A DNA stretch of 20,000 nucleotides, from IMG/VR virus record IMGVR_UViG_2660238005_000005, one strand, 5' to 3'. Every line of letters begins with the position of its first letter. Positions within the stretch are counted from its first letter, which is position 1. Shown piece by piece: positions 16,016 through 20,000 of this stretch. A model generated the notes under the pieces. The model did no database searches. It had not been told where the DNA came from and saw only the letters and a list, made by a program, of their open reading frames with translations. The translations under genes and the position numbers were made by a program. Source of the DNA: an uncultured virus (IMG/VR IMGVR_UViG_2660238005_000005). Its lineage: Duplodnaviria; Heunggongvirae; Uroviricota; Caudoviricetes.

Positions 16016-16317
16016 CCGTCATCACCCATGCTTACACCCCGCTGATGGACGTTGATGCCATGAGCGAGGAGGACTGCCGCCTGGCCCTGAAGGATGTTCT
16101 GCGCGATGGGTTCGCGAAGGACCAGCAAATGGTCGAGCTGAAGACCATCAACCACACGTTGAATCAGCAGCTCAATCACGCGAACAACATCTTGATCAAG
16201 CTGGCGGAGTTGAAGCTGGCCTATCAACACGAGGCGTATGAAGCCGAGCTGGAGCAGTTGGCCGCTTACTACCTGCACCTCAAGGCCGAGCAGCAGACTG
16301 CTGGGAGGGTGCACTGA
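16012..16317 (+). CDS. Hypothetical coiled-coil protein (101 aa)
   Basis: AAGGAG RBS; overlap-coupled to both neighbours. Confidence 0.8.
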   Translation: MTVITHAYTPLMDVDAMSEEDCRLALKDVLRDGFAKDQQMVELKTINHTLNQQLNHANNILIKLAELKLAYQHEAYEAELEQLAAYYLHLKAEQQTAGRVH

Positions 16318-16928
16318 TGAACAACGGCACAAAGCGGAACCAGTGCGACGGCTGCCAGGCCGGCGTGCCGCTGGAGAACGGCAAGCACCGAATGGGACGT
16401 CCTGGTGGCTACCCCGACCTCATGAGCTGCACAGCCCATCTCTATGGGGCGCCGCAAGTACAGCCTGTGGCATGGGCCATTTTCGACGGCGCCTGGATCT
16501 CGGACCACACGGCTGATCCAAACCGAGCGGAGCAATGGGCTGAGGATGGCAAGAACGTGATCGCTCTTTTCGCGATGCCGGTCCAGCAGCCGGTATCTGC
16601 TTTCGCTCGGGATGTGCTGGCAGAACGGCAGCGACAGATCCGACAGGAAGGCTTCAGCCCCGACCATGACGCTGAGCACCGAGGCGGTGAACTAGCGCTG
16701 GCTGCTACCTGCTACGCCGACGAAGCCGTTACGCAGATCTGCCAGCCAGAACGAGAACCGTGCCTGACGCAACTGGTGCCGGGCTGGTGGCCGTTCGAGC
16801 CATCCTGGTGGAAACCCAGCCTGGACGCTCGAAAGAACCTAGTGAAGGCCACGGCGCTGCTCCTCGCACAGGGTGACGCGCTCGACCTGCAGATTGATAC
16901 CGAGCTGGAGGGACGTCCCCATGGCTGA
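16317..16928 (+). CDS. Composite hypothetical protein (203 aa) with a common phage helical C-terminal domain
   Basis: CDGC N-terminal module; C-terminal ARDVLAERQRQIRQEGF...HD...GELALAATCYA...WWKPS...RKNLVKATALL. Confidence 0.8.
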   Translation: MNNGTKRNQCDGCQAGVPLENGKHRMGRPGGYPDLMSCTAHLYGAPQVQPVAWAIFDGAWISDHTADPNRAEQWAEDGKNVIALFAMPVQQPVSAFARDVLAERQRQIRQEGFSPDHDAEHRGGELALAATCYADEAVTQICQPEREPCLTQLVPGWWPFEPSWWKPSLDARKNLVKATALLLAQGDALDLQIDTELEGRPHG

Positions 16929-17121
16929 TGTTCTGGAAATCGACTGCCCCGCGTGCAGCACTCCGTACCCCGAAATCACCGCAGGCTCTGCAGCTCATGA
17001 CCCGAGCCTGATCGAGCTGGTGATCACCTGCAGCAACTGCGGACACATCCTGAATGCGTTCGTCTCCCTGGCTGAGATGAGCGTTGTACCGAATCCCGAA
17101 GAGGAAACCTCCCATGGCTGA
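16921..17121 (+). CDS. Small zinc-ribbon protein (66 aa)
   Basis: GGAGG RBS; CPAC and CSNC pairs. Confidence 0.78.
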   Translation: MADVLEIDCPACSTPYPEITAGSAAHDPSLIELVITCSNCGHILNAFVSLAEMSVVPNPEEETSHG

Positions 17122-17737
17122 ACAAGCAGTGCATGTTCCCGCCGGGTACCGCATGGACGCCAAGGGGCGCCTGGTACCTGAAGAAATGATCAAGCCCATT
17201 GACCTGGAGCGCGACCGCCTTGTGCAGGAGATCGTTGCCAAGGGGAAGGCTCTGAACAAGGCGTTGCTGGATTTCAAACTGGCGACATTCGGCGATATCG
17301 AAGCCTTCATCACACTGTCGGCCGAGCAGTACCAGGCGAAGGTAGGTGGCAAGAAGGGCAACGCCTCCCTGGTCAGCTTCGACGGTCGCTACAAGGTCAT
17401 TCGGGCCATGGCCGACAACATCGCCTTCGACGAGCGCCTGCAGGCGGCCAAGGCGTTGATCGACGAGTGCCTCCACGAATGGACAGAAGGCGCTCGCGCG
17501 GAGGTCATCACGCTGATCAACGATGCGTTCCGCGTGGACCAAGCAGGGAACATCCGTACCGGCAGCGTGCTTGCCCTGCGCCGCCTGCAGATCGATGACG
17601 AACGTTGGCAGCGTGCAATGCAGGCCATCGGCGAGGCTGTCCAGGTCGTGAGCACCAAGGCGTACGTGCGTATCCAGGAGCGGGTCGGGGACACCGACCA
17701 GTACCGCTCCATTCCTCTTGATATCGCGGGGGTGTGA
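17114..17737 (+). CDS. DUF3164-family protein
   Basis: GAGG RBS; PAGYRMDAKGRLVPE...KPID...GGKKGN...SFDG...FDERLQAAKALIDECL...IPLDIA. Confidence 0.9.
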   Translation: MAEQAVHVPAGYRMDAKGRLVPEEMIKPIDLERDRLVQEIVAKGKALNKALLDFKLATFGDIEAFITLSAEQYQAKVGGKKGNASLVSFDGRYKVIRAMADNIAFDERLQAAKALIDECLHEWTEGARAEVITLINDAFRVDQAGNIRTGSVLALRRLQIDDERWQRAMQAIGEAVQVVSTKAYVRIQERVGDTDQYRSIPLDIAGV

Positions 17738-17738
17738 C

Positions 17739-18428
17739 ATGGACCAGGACCGTATCCTCGACAAGATCAAGAAGTGCCTGGAAATGGCCAAGGGGCGGGG
17801 TTCCAACCCGAACGAGGCCGAGATCGCGCTGCGTCATGCCCACAAGCTGATGGAAGCCTACAACCTGGAGATGGGCGACGTGCTAGCCAGCATGGCTGGC
17901 GAAGCCAGGGTTCCCGCCGGCTCGGATGGAAAACCGCCGGCCTGGCGGGTGCGCCTCGCTCAAGTGTGCTGCCATGCCTTCGGCACGCACCTGATCATCT
18001 GCACCTCCTATTTCGAAAGCGCTTCGTTCCTGTTCGTCGGCTGCGCGGCGGCGCCGGAGCTGACCGGCTACGCCTACCAGGTGCTGGAGCGACAGCTGCA
18101 GAAGGCGCGCAAGGACTTCCTGAGCACGCAGAAACGCTGCAAGCGATCCACCAAGGTAGCCCGTGGAGATGCCTTCGCGCATGGATGGATCGAGGCCGTG
18201 TACGCCAAGGTCGACCAGTTCGCGGGCGTCGACGACAACATCGCCGACGCGATCCAGGCGTACATGGCGAAGCACCACGCTGACGTCGGCAAGTTCGAGA
18301 TGAAGCGCCGCAAGCTCAAGGCACGTGACGAAGTGGCCAGTGAGGCGGGGTACGCCGCGGGCAAGCGCGCGCGGCTGCACCAGGGGATCGGGCACCAGGC
18401 CGTGGCTCGGCTTACTCAGGGGGTATGA
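17739..18428 (+). CDS. DUF2786-domain protein
   Basis: ILDKIKKCLEMA...NPNEAEIALRHAHKLMEAYNL N-terminal signature. Confidence 0.88.
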   Translation: MDQDRILDKIKKCLEMAKGRGSNPNEAEIALRHAHKLMEAYNLEMGDVLASMAGEARVPAGSDGKPPAWRVRLAQVCCHAFGTHLIICTSYFESASFLFVGCAAAPELTGYAYQVLERQLQKARKDFLSTQKRCKRSTKVARGDAFAHGWIEAVYAKVDQFAGVDDNIADAIQAYMAKHHADVGKFEMKRRKLKARDEVASEAGYAAGKRARLHQGIGHQAVARLTQGV

Positions 18429-18429
18429 G

Positions 18430-18621
18430 ATGTCGCAATCCAATCCGTTCATCCGTCCTGACAAGGACTACGGTGCAGTGAGTGCTGATGATCGGCTGCG
18501 CGCTCTGGAAAGCTTCGATCTAGAGCAATGCCGTGCTGCGCTCTCGGTACCCGGTCTGCAGAAGACCGTCGAGAAGAAGCTGCACAGCCGCATTCGACAG
18601 CTAAACAAGGAGGCCAGGTGA
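18430..18621 (+). CDS. Hypothetical protein (63 aa)
   Basis: AGGGG RBS, ATG 18430, TGATG coupling downstream. Confidence 0.75.
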   Translation: MSQSNPFIRPDKDYGAVSADDRLRALESFDLEQCRAALSVPGLQKTVEKKLHSRIRQLNKEAR

Positions 18622-19088
18622 TGGAGCGCTACCACTCAACTGCCGGCGATCCGCCTCGGCGTGATGCTGACGTAAAGCGACAGGAGGCCCAGGAACTGGA
18701 CGAGCTGGTTCAGCAGTTCTTGGCCAGCGGCGGGCAGATCGAGAAGGTCGGGTACAAGATGCGCGAACTGCCGGACACTTTCGTCATCAACCCCATGAAG
18801 ACGCCGGTATACAACGGAGCCCTGGCCGAGAATTCGTCGCTCAAAGCGAAGCCTGCCGCACCGCGCGCGCAATCCAAGACCGAGCCTCAACGCTCACCAG
18901 CGCCCGTGCCGGCTTTGCAGCCGGCTCCTGGCGTGAACCCGAAGGTCTGGTTGAGCCGGATGATCGCCGCCCAGGCGCTGCTGGCCGCGCAGACGGCCAG
19001 GCTCGCTCGCGAACTGGGCGTCAGCGATGCTGAGCTGCGCCGGCTGGGTCGTCGGCATGGCATGGAGGTGTTCCATGGCACTCGCTAG
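18621..19088 (+). CDS. Putative transcription regulator with SutA-like N-terminal motif and C-terminal HTH (155 aa)
   Basis: AAGGAGG RBS; ELDELVQQFLASGGQIEKVG; Pro/Ala linker; ARLARELGVSDAELRRL. Confidence 0.72.
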   Translation: MERYHSTAGDPPRRDADVKRQEAQELDELVQQFLASGGQIEKVGYKMRELPDTFVINPMKTPVYNGALAENSSLKAKPAAPRAQSKTEPQRSPAPVPALQPAPGVNPKVWLSRMIAAQALLAAQTARLARELGVSDAELRRLGRRHGMEVFHGTR

Positions 19089-19638
19089 GGGGCTGCTCAG
19101 CAAGATCCACATCGCTCGTCAGCAGCTCGGCCTGCAGGACGATGTCTATCGGCAGAAGCTGCAGGCGATGTTCGGCAAGGGGTCGGCGCGGGATCTGAAC
19201 CTGCGCCAGGCCGAGCAGTTGCTGACGGAGTTCAAGCGCCTGGGCTGGCAACCACAGCCCAGCAAGCGAGCAGCCGGCAAGCCGCATAACTTCAGCCAGT
19301 TGCCCGCCGAGGTCCAGGTCATCGAGGCGCAGCTGGCCGAGATGAGGCTGCCCTGGAGCTATGCCGATAAGATCGCCAAGCAGATGTTCGGCGTGGCCAA
19401 GGTCGCCTGGCTGAAGAAGCCAGATCAGCTCACGGCAATCCTGGCAGCGCTGCATGTCGAGCAGGAGAAGCGGTACCTCCTCGCCGAAGTGGATCGGCTC
19501 TGCCAGGGCCTGGGCATCGAGCATCCAGAACAGGCGGCCGGCCTGGAACAGCTGCCGAAAGGATGGCGGCGGCAGCGTCCAATCCTCAAGGCCCTGGTGG
19601 AAACGCTCCAGGCGGCCGCAGATAGCAAGCGGAGGTAA
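19075..19638 (+). CDS. gemA: GemA / Mu gp16 (DUF1018) family protein
   Basis: GGAGG RBS; LSKIHIARQQLGLQDDVYRQKL...GKGSARDL signature; precedes mor. Confidence 0.9.
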   Translation: MALARGLLSKIHIARQQLGLQDDVYRQKLQAMFGKGSARDLNLRQAEQLLTEFKRLGWQPQPSKRAAGKPHNFSQLPAEVQVIEAQLAEMRLPWSYADKIAKQMFGVAKVAWLKKPDQLTAILAALHVEQEKRYLLAEVDRLCQGLGIEHPEQAAGLEQLPKGWRRQRPILKALVETLQAAADSKRR

Positions 19639-19640
19639 TA

Positions 19641-20000
19641 ATGAAGGAGATCCGTTCGCAGCAGATCCGCCGCCGGAACAACATGCTCAGCGAGCTGGCC
19701 GAACTGATCGTCGAAGCGTTCGTGCGCAACGGGATTCCTCGGGAGAAGGCGGTGCCCGAGTCGGAAGAGGTGGCGTTCCAGCTGCATCGGCGCTGGGCCG
19801 GTTTGACATTTGTTTTCCCGGTTAAGGATGACCTGGCCCGCAAGCGTCTGGAGTTGCACATCCTGCAGCGCTACGATGGATCGAACGCCGACAAGCTGGT
19901 CCAGGAGTTCGGAATTTCAGAAGGGCTGATCTACGAAATCGTCAGGAAGCACCGCAGGCAGCGAAAGGATCAGATGACGCTTTTTGACCCGGCCGAATGA
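19641..20000 (+). CDS. mor: Mor/C-family transcription activator
   Basis: GGAGG RBS; WAGLTFVFP, YDGSNADKLVQEFGISEGLIYEIV HTH; follows gemA as in Mu. Confidence 0.9.
   Translation: MKEIRSQQIRRRNNMLSELAELIVEAFVRNGIPREKAVPESEEVAFQLHRRWAGLTFVFPVKDDLARKRLELHILQRYDGSNADKLVQEFGISEGLIYEIVRKHRRQRKDQMTLFDPAE

Larger units (their letters stand above)
1..20000. mobile_element. Mu-like transposable (pro)phage, B3/BcepMu-type divergent organisation; neither genome end is visible
   Basis: DDE transposase plus AAA+ ATPase, GemA, Mor, DUF3164, Mu-type terminase/portal/MuF; late genes run leftward and early genes rightward from a central repressor/ner switch. Confidence 0.96.

Noticed and set aside
18455..18469. 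GTCCTGAC-AAGGACT, partial resemblance to the 11996-12020 palindrome
   Set aside because: Only one intact half-site and the spacing is wrong; compatible with chance.
10652..19861. Long minus-strand ORFs over the early operon (e.g. 13019-14326, 12062-12742, 17024-17806)
   Set aside because: Shadow frames of well-supported, tightly coupled plus-strand genes.
1..20000. CRISPR arrays, tRNA/rRNA genes, DGR or retron elements, phage end repeats
   Set aside because: No spaced direct repeats, RNA gene signatures, reverse transcriptase or terminal transposase-binding arrays were seen.

Overview
This window is the central and right part of a GC-rich Mu-like transposable phage or prophage with the B3/BcepMu-type divergent layout. 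A Pseudomonas host is inferred from gene content, not proven. Left arm, minus strand (1-7448): late operon with holin, a small 2-TM protein, an exported SLT endolysin, a basic peptide, nested spanins, Mu gp25/26/27-like genes, large terminase, portal and a truncated MuF gene. Centre (7449-9815): a symmetric Mor/C-type dyad flanked by two divergent -10 candidates, an orphan 299-aa gene overlapping a DUF2513 gene antisense, a lower-GC secreted accessory protein, and the XRE repressor with its operators. Right arm, plus strand (9816-20000): early operon with a Ner/Cro-like protein, accessory genes including a nested antisense gene, an IclR-like HTH, a DUF3102-like protein, DDE transposase, AAA+ transposition ATPase, DUF3164, DUF2786, a SutA-like protein, GemA and Mor. 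The most striking unexplained signal is a pair of related palindromes (one a perfect 25-mer) inside the DUF3102-like gene, next to its predicted HTH and upstream of the transposase. Family names are from motif recognition; no database search was run.
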